This document shows, in pieces, positions 28,806 through 38,114 of a stretch of DNA of 64,000 bases. Source of the DNA: Bacteroidales bacterium (lineage in GTDB: Bacteria > Bacteroidota > Bacteroidia > Bacteroidales > UBA932); NCBI GenBank assembly GCA_024401715.1, contig JAKSKO010000001.1:6891-70890 (forward strand). The letters run 5' to 3'. Under the pieces are notes generated by a model. That model was not told the origin of the DNA. It ran no database searches and saw only the letters and a program-made list of their open reading frames with translations. Numbering within the stretch: the first letter of the stretch is position 1; every line of letters begins with the position of its first letter. The translations under genes and the position numbers were made by a program.

Positions 28806-31157
28806 TTATTTCAAGCTTACATTTACCTCGGCGCCGTTATAGTCCACATGGCGTACAATGCCGTCAGGGGTAACCACGCGGAAATGCCTTTTGGTTACCA
28901 TGCCGCGATACACTCCCCTGCGCGTTCCTATGGTGAGGGTTTTTCCGCTGATTCTCATCGGGATAACGGAATAATAGCCACGCTCATAGTTGTAGCCGTC
29001 GCCCTCGTCTTCATAAAGTGTGAAGCTGCCGTTGGCACCGGGGAACACCCTAAGTTCCAGGTCGTCCCATGCCTTCTGCGAAGCGTATTGGACATCAGGA
29101 CCTATTGGAATGATACTGCCGGCCTTCACGAACAACGGGCATCGGTCCAGGCTTGCCTCTGCCATAACCTCAGTACCACCGCGAAGCATCAGAGGGGAAT
29201 CCCATTCATACCAGTTCGCACCCGAAGGCAGATAAACCGCCATTTTCTTCTGTTCCTTCCAGTCCGGTGCACTTGTTTCATCGGCCCACTTCTGCTCCTC
29301 ATCCATAGTGTAAAGGGCGTGGGTTACAGGGGCCACAAGCAGACTGCGTCCAAACATGAATTCGTTATTTATGTTCCATGTGTTTTTGTCCGATGCGAAA
29401 TCCATCACCAGCGGGCGCATGAAGCTGTCGTCCTTGTCTGTAACCTGCCATGAGGTGCTGTAGATGTATGGAAGCAGCTTGTAGCGCATTCTGATGGCCT
29501 TTTCTATGGCATCGTACACAGGCTCTCCCTTCTTGCCGAATTCCCAGATCTCCCTGCGGGAATTCTCTCCGTGGCTGCGCATCATAGGATTGAAGAGGCC
29601 GAACTGCAACCACCTTACATAAAGCTCCTGGAAAAGCGGATTGCGGGAGCAGCTGGCACCTTCTCCGCTTTTGTTATATGCGCCAGGGAAGAATCCGCCG
29701 ATATCGGTGTTCACGTTCGGGCAGGCCGTCATCGTGTAGTTCAGGCAAAGGGGGATCTGCTTGCGGAAGCTGTCCCAGCTGGAGTTTACGTCACCGCTCC
29801 AGGTGTTGGCGCCCGTTCTCTGCTGGCCGGCGAAATAGGATCTGGTGAGGATGAACACGCGCTTGTCCCATCTTGTGGCGCGCTGGTGGTCATACACGCC
29901 CTGCACAGCATGCAAAGGGAAGGTGTTCCTTACGCTGCGCCAGCTTCCGGCAGAGCATGTTCCGTCGAAATCCGCCTCGGAGTTCTCCGAGTCCGGATCG
30001 GTGGAATCCATCCACCATGCATCTATGCCAAGCTCATACAGATTGTTCAGGTATTTCCAATAGATGTCCCTGGCCTCGGCATTATACACATCATAGCATC
30101 GCACTCCCGAAGGGTAATCCCTTCTTGCAGGCCACTGCGGAAGTCCGCTGTACGGCCAGGTTTCAAAGCCCAGAAGCAAGCCCTTTTCGGCCAGTTCCGC
30201 ATATGGTTTTGTCATCGGGCCGAAAGACTGCCACACGGAAAGCGAGATGTGGGCATCAAGCGCGTGCACCTGGTCTATCATGGCCTTCGGATCCGGGAAA
30301 CGGGAGTTCAGGAACTCCATCGCATTCCACAGATAATTGTTATCCCAGTACTGCCAGTCCTGGATTATGCCATCCAAAGGGACTCCGGCATCGCGATATC
30401 CGCGCACCACATCCAGCAGTTCATCCTGGCTCTTGTAACGCTCACGGCTCTGGTGAAAGCCATAGGTCCACAGCGGCAGCATAGGCGCCCCGCCGCTAAG
30501 CCTGCGCATCAGGGAAATGACTCCATCCGCTGTTTTGCCATACATGAAATAATAGTCCATTGCCTCTCCCACCTGCGAATTCAGGGCCAGATTGCTGCCG
30601 TCATCGGTAATATACGTAGGGGAAGCATTGTCCCAAAAAATGCCGTAACCTTTTATGGACTGGAAAAAGTTTGCATAGTCTTCCGTATTGGTCTGGAACA
30701 TAAGCCTCCTCTCTCCTCTCTGGTTCATTTTGCCGTTCTGCAACATTCCAAGGCCGTAAATAGCCTCATCGGCATCCAGCACCCAGGTTTGGCCTATGCG
30801 CCAGAGGCCCTGGTCGAAGCCGCTTGGAATGCGGGTGAAACGGCTGTCCCCTTCGCGCAGGAGTGTGCGTCCCAGAACTGTTGAGAAACTTACCCTTCCG
30901 TGCGAATCCACGGTTACGGAAAGCGCATTGCTGCGATAGTGGCGTGCACCATTGGAAACGGAACTGTGCACTTTCACTTTACCGGGCTCCAGGGTAACCG
31001 TTGCGCCAGCTTGCTGGCGATAGTTATCCATGGTTTTCTCCACCCTTACGATTTCCGGGGTATAGAAAGTGACTTTGATGCTCTGGGCCGGCAAAAGATG
31101 TGCAGAAAGCAGGGATACCAGGCCGGATATTATAACAATTCGATATATATTTTTCAT
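28806..31157 (-). CDS. GH31 glycoside hydrolase, probable alpha-xylosidase
   Basis: Signal peptide; GFHQSRERY, DGIIQDWQYW, nucleophile region DAWWMDST, TWSGDV, DIGGF, MRSHG. Start set at MKNIYR (31157) because a TATATTTG box at 31183-31176 overlaps the longer ORF start. Confidence 0.85.
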   Translation of the reverse strand: MKNIYRIVIISGLVSLLSAHLLPAQSIKVTFYTPEIVRVEKTMDNYRQQAGATVTLEPGKVKVHSSVSNGARHYRSNALSVTVDSHGRVSFSTVLGRTLLREGDSRFTRIPSGFDQGLWRIGQTWVLDADEAIYGLGMLQNGKMNQRGERRLMFQTNTEDYANFFQSIKGYGIFWDNASPTYITDDGSNLALNSQVGEAMDYYFMYGKTADGVISLMRRLSGGAPMLPLWTYGFHQSRERYKSQDELLDVVRGYRDAGVPLDGIIQDWQYWDNNYLWNAMEFLNSRFPDPKAMIDQVHALDAHISLSVWQSFGPMTKPYAELAEKGLLLGFETWPYSGLPQWPARRDYPSGVRCYDVYNAEARDIYWKYLNNLYELGIDAWWMDSTDPDSENSEADFDGTCSAGSWRSVRNTFPLHAVQGVYDHQRATRWDKRVFILTRSYFAGQQRTGANTWSGDVNSSWDSFRKQIPLCLNYTMTACPNVNTDIGGFFPGAYNKSGEGASCSRNPLFQELYVRWLQFGLFNPMMRSHGENSRREIWEFGKKGEPVYDAIEKAIRMRYKLLPYIYSTSWQVTDKDDSFMRPLVMDFASDKNTWNINNEFMFGRSLLVAPVTHALYTMDEEQKWADETSAPDWKEQKKMAVYLPSGANWYEWDSPLMLRGGTEVMAEASLDRCPLFVKAGSIIPIGPDVQYASQKAWDDLELRVFPGANGSFTLYEDEGDGYNYERGYYSVIPMRISGKTLTIGTRRGVYRGMVTKRHFRVVTPDGIVRHVDYNGAEVNVSLK

Positions 31158-31208
31158 CTGTCGAGGTATAACATACAAATATAACGCATAATTGTTGTTT
31201 TTGCAGGT

Positions 31209-31366
31209 ATGAAAAAGAATTTATTAAAACTCGTAGCATTGCCGATTCCGTAATGCTGGACCAGGATCTATTTGAGCTGGAAAAGCAGAACAAGAAGCAG
31301 GACATCTTCAAGACCAAGATAGAGAGTACATGGTTTGAAGGGAAAAAAGTCTATCCAGTCGAATAA
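31209..31366 (+). pseudogene. Deletion remnant of an amidohydrolase-3 family gene
   Basis: An ATG at 31209 gives MKKNLLKLVALPIP* (signal-peptide-like start). An overlapping frame gives IADSVMLDQDLFELEKQNKKQDIFKTKIESTWFEGKKVYPVE*, which resembles the amidohydrolase-3 C-terminal strand motif. Confidence 0.6.
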
Positions 31367-31412
31367 CGGCTGGATAGCTAATCACAAACTATATCCCGGA
31401 GGGACATCGGGA

Positions 31413-33116
31413 TTAATTTCCAAATACTATACGGCCATCAACGTAGGTAGCCTGAAGCGTGGCATTCCAAACTTTGCCCAGGTCGTCCTTCAGGAAATCG
31501 GTGTCGTAAACCACGAAGTTTGCAATCTTGCCCGGTGTAATGGAGCCCTGGCGGTCCTCCTGGTGCCAAGAGTAAGCCACATTGGTTGTAAGAGCCTCCA
31601 GAGCCTGCTGGCGGGTGATGGCCTCATCCAGGTTGCATGCACGCTCCGGTCCAAGATCAGCCCTGGTGCGTGTAACTGCAGTATAGATGCTCTTAGGCGC
31701 ATCCATGGCAGGTGACACCGGATAGTCGGAATGGAAGTTTATCTTGCAGCCGGCATCTATGAAAGACTTGATTGGATACTGGGTTTCTGCCCTGTCCTTG
31801 CCCACAAACTGAACTGTGTAATCGTAGATGACATACTCCTTAGGACACCACAACGGTGCAACCACAGGAATAATGTTGTAATCGGCAAACATGCGGATCT
31901 CCTCAGGCTTTACGAACTGCAGGTGCGCCATGGCATTGCGTCCATCTTTCACATCTGTTTCTTTCGCAGCCTGTGCAATACCCTCGGCCACCGTGCGTAC
32001 TGCGCCATCGCCCACGGTATGGAAATGCACAAGCATGCCGTTCCTGTTGTTGAAAGCCACAATCTTGGCAATACGGTCCACGTCTGTGCAACGTTTCAGG
32101 CCATAATAGCCTGGCTGATCGCTGTACTCCTCTTCCAGCCAGCCGGTATGGGCCTCAACCACACCGTCCATGAACACCTTGGTGCCGGTAACCTGGAAGT
32201 ACTCTCCGTCATACTTTTTATGTAGCTCCAGTATGGTATTCAACGCCGAATCAACTTTCTCGTTCGGGACATCCTCGCCGATAGTATGAACTGCGTATGT
32301 ACGCAACTTCCATTTACCCTCATCGCACAGTTCCTGGTAGGCCTCGGCCGCATACTGGGTAACAATGAAAAGTGCAGCCTCGGTTGTACCAGTAAAACCG
32401 GAACTGAATGCCTTCTGCTGCCATTTCAAAAGTCCTTCCTTTGACTCCTCCTTGCTCATGCTAAGCTGGGCCATCAGGCCGATGGCAGGTGTCTCTGAAA
32501 GGTAGCCTGTTGGATTGCCGTCCTTATCTACCCTCACACAATCGGTTCCATATTTCTCCACAGCCGACTTATCTATGCCGAACTTCTTCATCGCTGCGGT
32601 GTTTACCCACATGGAGTGGCCGTCCTCGGTGTTCAGAAGCATAGGCACATCGGGACAGATGGCATCCAGCATTGCAGCATTCGGCTCTTTGTCCTTAGGT
32701 GTCCAGCCTGCACCCTTATACAATGGCAGTCCGGGATTCTCCTCCATATATTTCTTCATTGCCTGCACGAAATCATCCATTGTGGCACCTTCCATGGCAT
32801 TAACATCTGAAAGGTTGGCCTGCAGGGCGCGAGAAGCCACACCTATACCATGGGCATGGGACTCCAGAAAGCCAGGGTATATGCTGGCCGTGCCATAGTC
32901 CTTTACAACAGTGCCGGCATCGCACATCTTGCGTGCTTCGTCCGCAGAACCCACAAATCTGATTATACCGTCCTGCACAAAAACAGCCTGGGCGGATGGG
33001 GTATCCTGGTCCATTGTTATTACATTGCCAAGAAGCAACAGGCTCTCATGGTTGCTGTTGCAGCCAAGCACAGCGAAAGCCGCACTCAGCAAAAATGGTA
33101 TGAAAAATCTTTTCAT
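31413..33116 (-). CDS. Amidohydrolase-3 (YtcJ-like) lipoprotein
   Basis: Lipobox MKRFFIPFLLSAAFAVLGC from 33116; PGFLESHAH, KVFMDG, FHTVGD, AHLQ, FHSDYPV, GSITPGKIANFVV. Confidence 0.85.
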   Translation of the reverse strand: MKRFFIPFLLSAAFAVLGCNSNHESLLLLGNVITMDQDTPSAQAVFVQDGIIRFVGSADEARKMCDAGTVVKDYGTASIYPGFLESHAHGIGVASRALQANLSDVNAMEGATMDDFVQAMKKYMEENPGLPLYKGAGWTPKDKEPNAAMLDAICPDVPMLLNTEDGHSMWVNTAAMKKFGIDKSAVEKYGTDCVRVDKDGNPTGYLSETPAIGLMAQLSMSKEESKEGLLKWQQKAFSSGFTGTTEAALFIVTQYAAEAYQELCDEGKWKLRTYAVHTIGEDVPNEKVDSALNTILELHKKYDGEYFQVTGTKVFMDGVVEAHTGWLEEEYSDQPGYYGLKRCTDVDRIAKIVAFNNRNGMLVHFHTVGDGAVRTVAEGIAQAAKETDVKDGRNAMAHLQFVKPEEIRMFADYNIIPVVAPLWCPKEYVIYDYTVQFVGKDRAETQYPIKSFIDAGCKINFHSDYPVSPAMDAPKSIYTAVTRTRADLGPERACNLDEAITRQQALEALTTNVAYSWHQEDRQGSITPGKIANFVVYDTDFLKDDLGKVWNATLQATYVDGRIVFGN

Positions 33117-33162
33117 CGTATTCTTTCCTGTTAAAATAGTTTGGTGAATATAGTGGTAATAG

Positions 33163-34152
33163 TTAGAAATCACGCTTTATGGCTTTCAGATTCTGCTTCA
33201 GCTGGTCCACGCTGCTGGCACCCACAATCACGGAAGTCACCTCCGGACGCTGCAGTATCCAGCGCAGTGCATACTGCGCGATGGTAAGGCCCTGCGCATT
33301 GGCATCGGCCTGCAACTGCTGCATCATCTGGTAATACTCCGGAGTAAGGTCCCTTTCGCGGTCCAGGAATTTTGAACGCGCCATGCGGGAATCTGCGGAA
33401 ATGCCGTTGAGATAGCGCTCTGTGAGCAGGCTCTGGTTAAGAGGAGAAAAAGCTATATAGCCCACTCCCCTGTCGGCACACTGAGGCAGGATATCGGCCT
33501 CGTGAGAGCGCACCATCATATTGTATTTGCCCTGATAAAGGATGCAAGGGGTGTCATGCGCGGCAAGATAGTCGTATGCCTTGGCCGCCATATCGGCCGG
33601 ATAGTTGGAAATGCCCACATACAGTGCCTTGCCGGCGCGCACAATGTCCACCAGTGCCTGCATGGTCTCCTCTATAGGGGTGCGAGGGTCCGGACGGTGG
33701 GAGTAGAACACGTCCACATAGTCCAGGCCCATGCGTTTCAGGCTCTGGTTAAGGCTGGCCATCAGATACTTGCGCGAGCCCCACTCGCCGTAAGGGCCCG
33801 GCCACATGTCATAGCCGGCCTTGGTTGTGATAGTTATCTCATCGCGGTGGGCGGCAAAACCGTCGGCCAGTATCTTTCCGAAGCACTCTTCGGCACTGCC
33901 GTAAGGAGGGCCGTAGTTGTTGGCAAGGTCGAAGTGGGTGATGCCGTTGTCGAACGCGCATTGCACAATGTCGCGGCATCGGTTGTAATCCTGCGGAAGG
34001 CGCTCTTCCATAAGCTTGCCGTCCGGGGTGTAGCTGTAGCCGAAGTTATGCCAGAAGCCAAGGGACAGCTCGCTTAGCATAAGGCCGGATTTTCCGCAAT
34101 AGCGGTATTTCATCTCCTCATATCTGGGCTCTGTAAGTCTGTAGTTCTCCAT
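33163..34152 (-). CDS. Aldo/keto reductase (YghZ/Gpr-like)
   Basis: CGKSGLML, LSLGFWHNFG, THFDLANNYGPPYGSAE, TKAGYDMWPGPYG, YVDVFYSHR, YVGISNY. Confidence 0.92.
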   Translation of the reverse strand: MENYRLTEPRYEEMKYRYCGKSGLMLSELSLGFWHNFGYSYTPDGKLMEERLPQDYNRCRDIVQCAFDNGITHFDLANNYGPPYGSAEECFGKILADGFAAHRDEITITTKAGYDMWPGPYGEWGSRKYLMASLNQSLKRMGLDYVDVFYSHRPDPRTPIEETMQALVDIVRAGKALYVGISNYPADMAAKAYDYLAAHDTPCILYQGKYNMMVRSHEADILPQCADRGVGYIAFSPLNQSLLTERYLNGISADSRMARSKFLDRERDLTPEYYQMMQQLQADANAQGLTIAQYALRWILQRPEVTSVIVGASSVDQLKQNLKAIKRDF

Positions 34153-34169
34153 AGGAATTGCACTATCGA

Positions 34170-35699
34170 TTATTTTGAAACGGTTTCTTTAACCCAGAAT
34201 GGGGCAAACGGCAGGCCATGATTGCTGAAAAGGTTGCCGGGACGGAAATCTCCCCAGCCATAACGCACCTCCCAGTGCTCTGCCTTTGCCCTTGGGCATT
34301 TTGTGCAGTCGCCCTCGCAGTTAACGTCATTCAAATGGGCTATGTCCAGGAACATGGTCTTCTTGCCGACGTCAAACCATGCATGGCGTACAGGATGCCA
34401 TACGCCGTCGCCACGGCTTACTTCCAGGCCCTCAATCTCCAGCTGGCGTCCCATTCCCTCCGGACAGCGCTCCACAATAAGGTGCAGATGGTCCACATCC
34501 TTCGGATCCCTTATCACCTCCACGCCCACAGGATAGTCGCAGCTGATGCCGTGATAGCCGCTGAAACCGTAATGGCGGTTCAGAGCCATGCGTGCAAGGC
34601 GTTTACCCACCTCCTGTTTCTTCGTAGGGTGGATATTCACGCGCTCGTAAGGGTATACAAGGTCGTTGGTAACTATGATGCCGCAGTTCTCCACCTCGGC
34701 CGCAACCTGATGCTGGGCCTGGCGCAGAAGCGCAGCCATGCTCTCCTGATCTCCGCCGTAATCGTAAGGGGCAATCTCGCAGGTATAGAAAGGAAGGCGC
34801 GCGGCGTCATCGCCGAAATCGGCACGGAACTGGCGTATAAGCTCTTTCATGCGCGGAACAAACTCTTCGTGCTTTCCAACGTTGGAGCAGCCCTGATACC
34901 ATATGAAGCCGGCAATGGTGTAGCCCTTCAAAGGGAACTGCATTGCGTTGTATATCTTGAAAGGCCTGTGATAGTGGTGCTGCATGGCATCTATTGCCTC
35001 ATGGGAAAGATCCTCGGTGCCGAAAGAGGCAACGGTCTGCTCCGGAAGCCAGCCTTCCACGCGTGCTCCGCCATAAGCATTGCATATAATGCCCACAGGC
35101 ACGTCCAGAATGGCATTCAGTTCACGCGCAAAGAAGAATGCGGTGGCGCTCATGTCCTGGATGCCCTGCAGATTGGCAAGGCGCCAGAAACCGCGACCCT
35201 CTGTGATTGGGGTATAGGATTGGTCGTTTTTCTCTGTATACATGCGCACCTTGTCGCTTAGGTCCGGGCCGCAGATAACGTCCTGGAAGCCCTCCACAGG
35301 ACAGCTGTGGAAGCCGCGCATTGGCATCTCCATATTGCTCTGGCCCGATGCCATCCAAACCTCGCCCACAAGGACATTGTCAATCTTCATGCTGCCGCCG
35401 TCGCCGCTTATGCTTATGCTGCGGTGCTCGTAAGAGCCCTTCGGAGTGGCAACATTCACACGCCACACGCCGTTCTCATCGGCCGTAACAGTGTATTTTT
35501 TCTTGTCCCATGACGGCTGGACGCTGACTTTGGCTCCGGCCGATGCATGTCCCCACACAAGGGCCGATGCATTCTGCTGCAGGACCATACCGTCGCTGCA
35601 AGGCTGTTTCACTTCAAGTTTGGCAAATGCCGACAATGCAAAAAGCATTGCTGCGCAGCAAAGAGAAAGGCGCAAAGCGATACGATGCTTTGTTTTCAT
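34170..35699 (-). CDS. SGNH/SASA-type carbohydrate O-acetylesterase (sialate O-acetylesterase family)
   Basis: Signal peptide; MVLQQN, GEVWMASGQSNM, WYQGCSN, NIHP, VRYGW, GLPFAPF. Confidence 0.85.
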   Translation of the reverse strand: MKTKHRIALRLSLCCAAMLFALSAFAKLEVKQPCSDGMVLQQNASALVWGHASAGAKVSVQPSWDKKKYTVTADENGVWRVNVATPKGSYEHRSISISGDGGSMKIDNVLVGEVWMASGQSNMEMPMRGFHSCPVEGFQDVICGPDLSDKVRMYTEKNDQSYTPITEGRGFWRLANLQGIQDMSATAFFFARELNAILDVPVGIICNAYGGARVEGWLPEQTVASFGTEDLSHEAIDAMQHHYHRPFKIYNAMQFPLKGYTIAGFIWYQGCSNVGKHEEFVPRMKELIRQFRADFGDDAARLPFYTCEIAPYDYGGDQESMAALLRQAQHQVAAEVENCGIIVTNDLVYPYERVNIHPTKKQEVGKRLARMALNRHYGFSGYHGISCDYPVGVEVIRDPKDVDHLHLIVERCPEGMGRQLEIEGLEVSRGDGVWHPVRHAWFDVGKKTMFLDIAHLNDVNCEGDCTKCPRAKAEHWEVRYGWGDFRPGNLFSNHGLPFAPFWVKETVSK

Positions 35700-35702
35700 A
35701 AT

Positions 35703-38108
35703 TTACAGGATTATTGTTTCAGGCGCGCAGCCATCCACATTTATTGTTACTTTAACTTCTCCCCTTCCCAGGGCCGCCTCATCGGAGCGGAGGATGAACT
35801 GGGCGCAACCGTTGAAGAATTTCCAGCTGCTGCTCTTTTCATCGGCCTGCCAGCCGGAATCTCCGTTACCCACGCCCTGCAGGTATGCCGGGCCCTCTAT
35901 CTGCACGGATACGCCATTGCAGCCGTCGGCAACAAAAGAGGATTTCCTGTCCAGAAGGCGCATATCCACAACGGCCTGTGCAGGACGCACGAATTTTTCC
36001 ATTTCCAGCCTGGCTGCAGGGCCGCTTGTGCGCACAACCGTGGTCATCACGCGCTTGCCATTCTTGAAACCGTCGGCCTTCAAGGTTCCCGGCTGATATT
36101 CCACCAGCCACTCAATATGCCCGTCGGCAGGCATTTTCTTCCTGCCCATGTTGCGGCCGTTCACAAACAGCTGCACCATATCGCAGTTGGAATAGGCCCA
36201 AACGCTTATTTTCTCTCCCTCGTGGCCCGCAAGGTTCCAGTGAGGCAGAAGGTGAAGCACAGGCTCTGAAGTCCACCAGGCCTTAAGATAATATGCCTCA
36301 TCCTTATAGAAACCGCAGTAGTCCAGAAGGCCGAAGGAAGAACCCGTTGCAGGGAAAAGCAGAGGATTGGATTCTCCGCGGTAGTCAAAACCGGTCCAGT
36401 AGAAAAGGCCTCCCAGCCAAGGGCGCTGGTGATAGAACTTCCATCCGCGCTCTATGCAGTTGTAAAGGCTGTCCGGGCCCTGTTTGCCACGGTTGATTGC
36501 CGGCATATGCGCTCCGCTTGGGTCTTCAAAATACCAGCCTCGCGTGCCGCAGCCCGTGGTTTCCTCGGATCCCACTGCTGCGCGCAAAGGGAATTTATCC
36601 CTCTGTCCCTCAACATCATTCTGTATGATATAATTGTAGCCGGCAACATCAACAGGCTCCAGAACAACCGGGCCGCTGCTTGTTGCAACCATCATCTGGC
36701 GAGTAGGGTCGGCACGATGGCAGAACTCTTTCATAACCGAAGACAGCCTGCTGCCGAACACGTTCCATTCTATGCCCCACTCCTCGTTGCCTATGCTCCA
36801 CAGCACAACGCAAGGATGGTTGCGGTCCCTTCTTATCATTCTTTCCAGATGCTCCCTGTGGTAGGCGTTCACGCCCATGAGGCGGTTCTCGTCAATAACC
36901 AGGAAACCCAGGCTGTCGCAAAGGTCCAGAAGGGCAGGCGCCATGGGGTTATGACTGCTGCGTATTGCGTTGCAGCCGAAACTGCGCAGACGCTCCAACC
37001 TGTATTCATACAGTTCGTCGCTTATTGCAGAACCCACTCCGGCGTGGTCCTGATGCAGGTTCACGCCCTTTATCTGCACTCTCTTGCCGTTAAGAAGGAA
37101 GCCCTCATCGGGATGGAACAGCACTGTGCGTATGCCTGTGCGTATGTCCAGGCAGTCTGAGACCCTGCCATCGCAGCTAAGCGAAACCCTTGCGGTATAA
37201 AGATAAGGGTCATCCACATCCCAAAGCTGCGCCGATGGAAGGTCCACGGTAACGCGGGCCATTCCGCTGTCCTGCGGAAGCAGGATATTGTTCAAGGCCA
37301 CACGCCTCTTTGCAACTTCATTTCCGGCTGCGTCAATAAGTACGCATTCCAGTTCCACGCCTCTCTTTGCCGATGCGGAGGCATTGAAAAACTCAGCCTC
37401 AACATTCACGTGCGCGGTACCCAGCGCATCCACATCGCTGTGGATGAAAACACCATCGGCGGGGAAATGAACCTGATTCTTTCGTATAAGCCAGGCGTGG
37501 CGGTAGATGCCGGCGCCTTCATAGAACCAGCCCGATTCCTCCTTGGCGTCCACCCTCACCGCAACAACATTGCTGCCGCCGTAGTTGAGATACTGGGTGA
37601 TATCATATTCCGATGAAACGTAACCGTCATCCTCCCTGCCAAGATAGAAACCGTTCACCCACAACTGTGAGGAATGGAAAATGCCATCGAAGCGCAGAGA
37701 TATGGCGCTACCCTCGTAAGAAGCCGGGATATCGAATTCCTTGCGGTACCAGCCCACCGATGTCTCCGGGAAACCAGGGCCTACAGTCTTGTAGCCATGG
37801 CTGTGGCTGGCCTTTGCATCGAAGGGAAGCTCCACCACCCAATCGTGCGGAAGGCGCACCTCCTTCCACTCCCTGCCCCATTTTGCAGGCTCAAATTTAG
37901 GGCTGTAAGGGCCCTCGTTGTGGATTGACGCCGCCTTGGTCCAGTAGTTGAAATACTCTGTGCCGGACCCGAAATCCGCATCGGCAGACGAAGCGCTGCC
38001 AAAGGCGAATTTCCAGGACGAATCGAAAGACTGCACCTCTCTGGGGCCGGCAAAAGAAAGCACAGCCGCACACAGAAGGGTGCAGATAGTAATGAGGATA
38101 CGTTTCAT
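35703..38108 (-). CDS. GH2 glycoside hydrolase, probable beta-galactosidase
   Basis: Signal peptide; LPHDW, WFYEGAGIYR, GVNLHQDHAGVG, RSSHNP, WSIGNEE (acid/base), WTGFDYRGE. Confidence 0.87.
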   Translation of the reverse strand: MKRILITICTLLCAAVLSFAGPREVQSFDSSWKFAFGSASSADADFGSGTEYFNYWTKAASIHNEGPYSPKFEPAKWGREWKEVRLPHDWVVELPFDAKASHSHGYKTVGPGFPETSVGWYRKEFDIPASYEGSAISLRFDGIFHSSQLWVNGFYLGREDDGYVSSEYDITQYLNYGGSNVVAVRVDAKEESGWFYEGAGIYRHAWLIRKNQVHFPADGVFIHSDVDALGTAHVNVEAEFFNASASAKRGVELECVLIDAAGNEVAKRRVALNNILLPQDSGMARVTVDLPSAQLWDVDDPYLYTARVSLSCDGRVSDCLDIRTGIRTVLFHPDEGFLLNGKRVQIKGVNLHQDHAGVGSAISDELYEYRLERLRSFGCNAIRSSHNPMAPALLDLCDSLGFLVIDENRLMGVNAYHREHLERMIRRDRNHPCVVLWSIGNEEWGIEWNVFGSRLSSVMKEFCHRADPTRQMMVATSSGPVVLEPVDVAGYNYIIQNDVEGQRDKFPLRAAVGSEETTGCGTRGWYFEDPSGAHMPAINRGKQGPDSLYNCIERGWKFYHQRPWLGGLFYWTGFDYRGESNPLLFPATGSSFGLLDYCGFYKDEAYYLKAWWTSEPVLHLLPHWNLAGHEGEKISVWAYSNCDMVQLFVNGRNMGRKKMPADGHIEWLVEYQPGTLKADGFKNGKRVMTTVVRTSGPAARLEMEKFVRPAQAVVDMRLLDRKSSFVADGCNGVSVQIEGPAYLQGVGNGDSGWQADEKSSSWKFFNGCAQFILRSDEAALGRGEVKVTINVDGCAPETIIL

Positions 38109-38114
38109 GGTAAA

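Noticed and set aside
31393-31413. ATCCCG-N9-CGGGAT hairpin between the remnant and the amidohydrolase
   Set aside because: It could be a weak terminator for convergent genes, but the stem is short, the loop long and there is no clear U tract.
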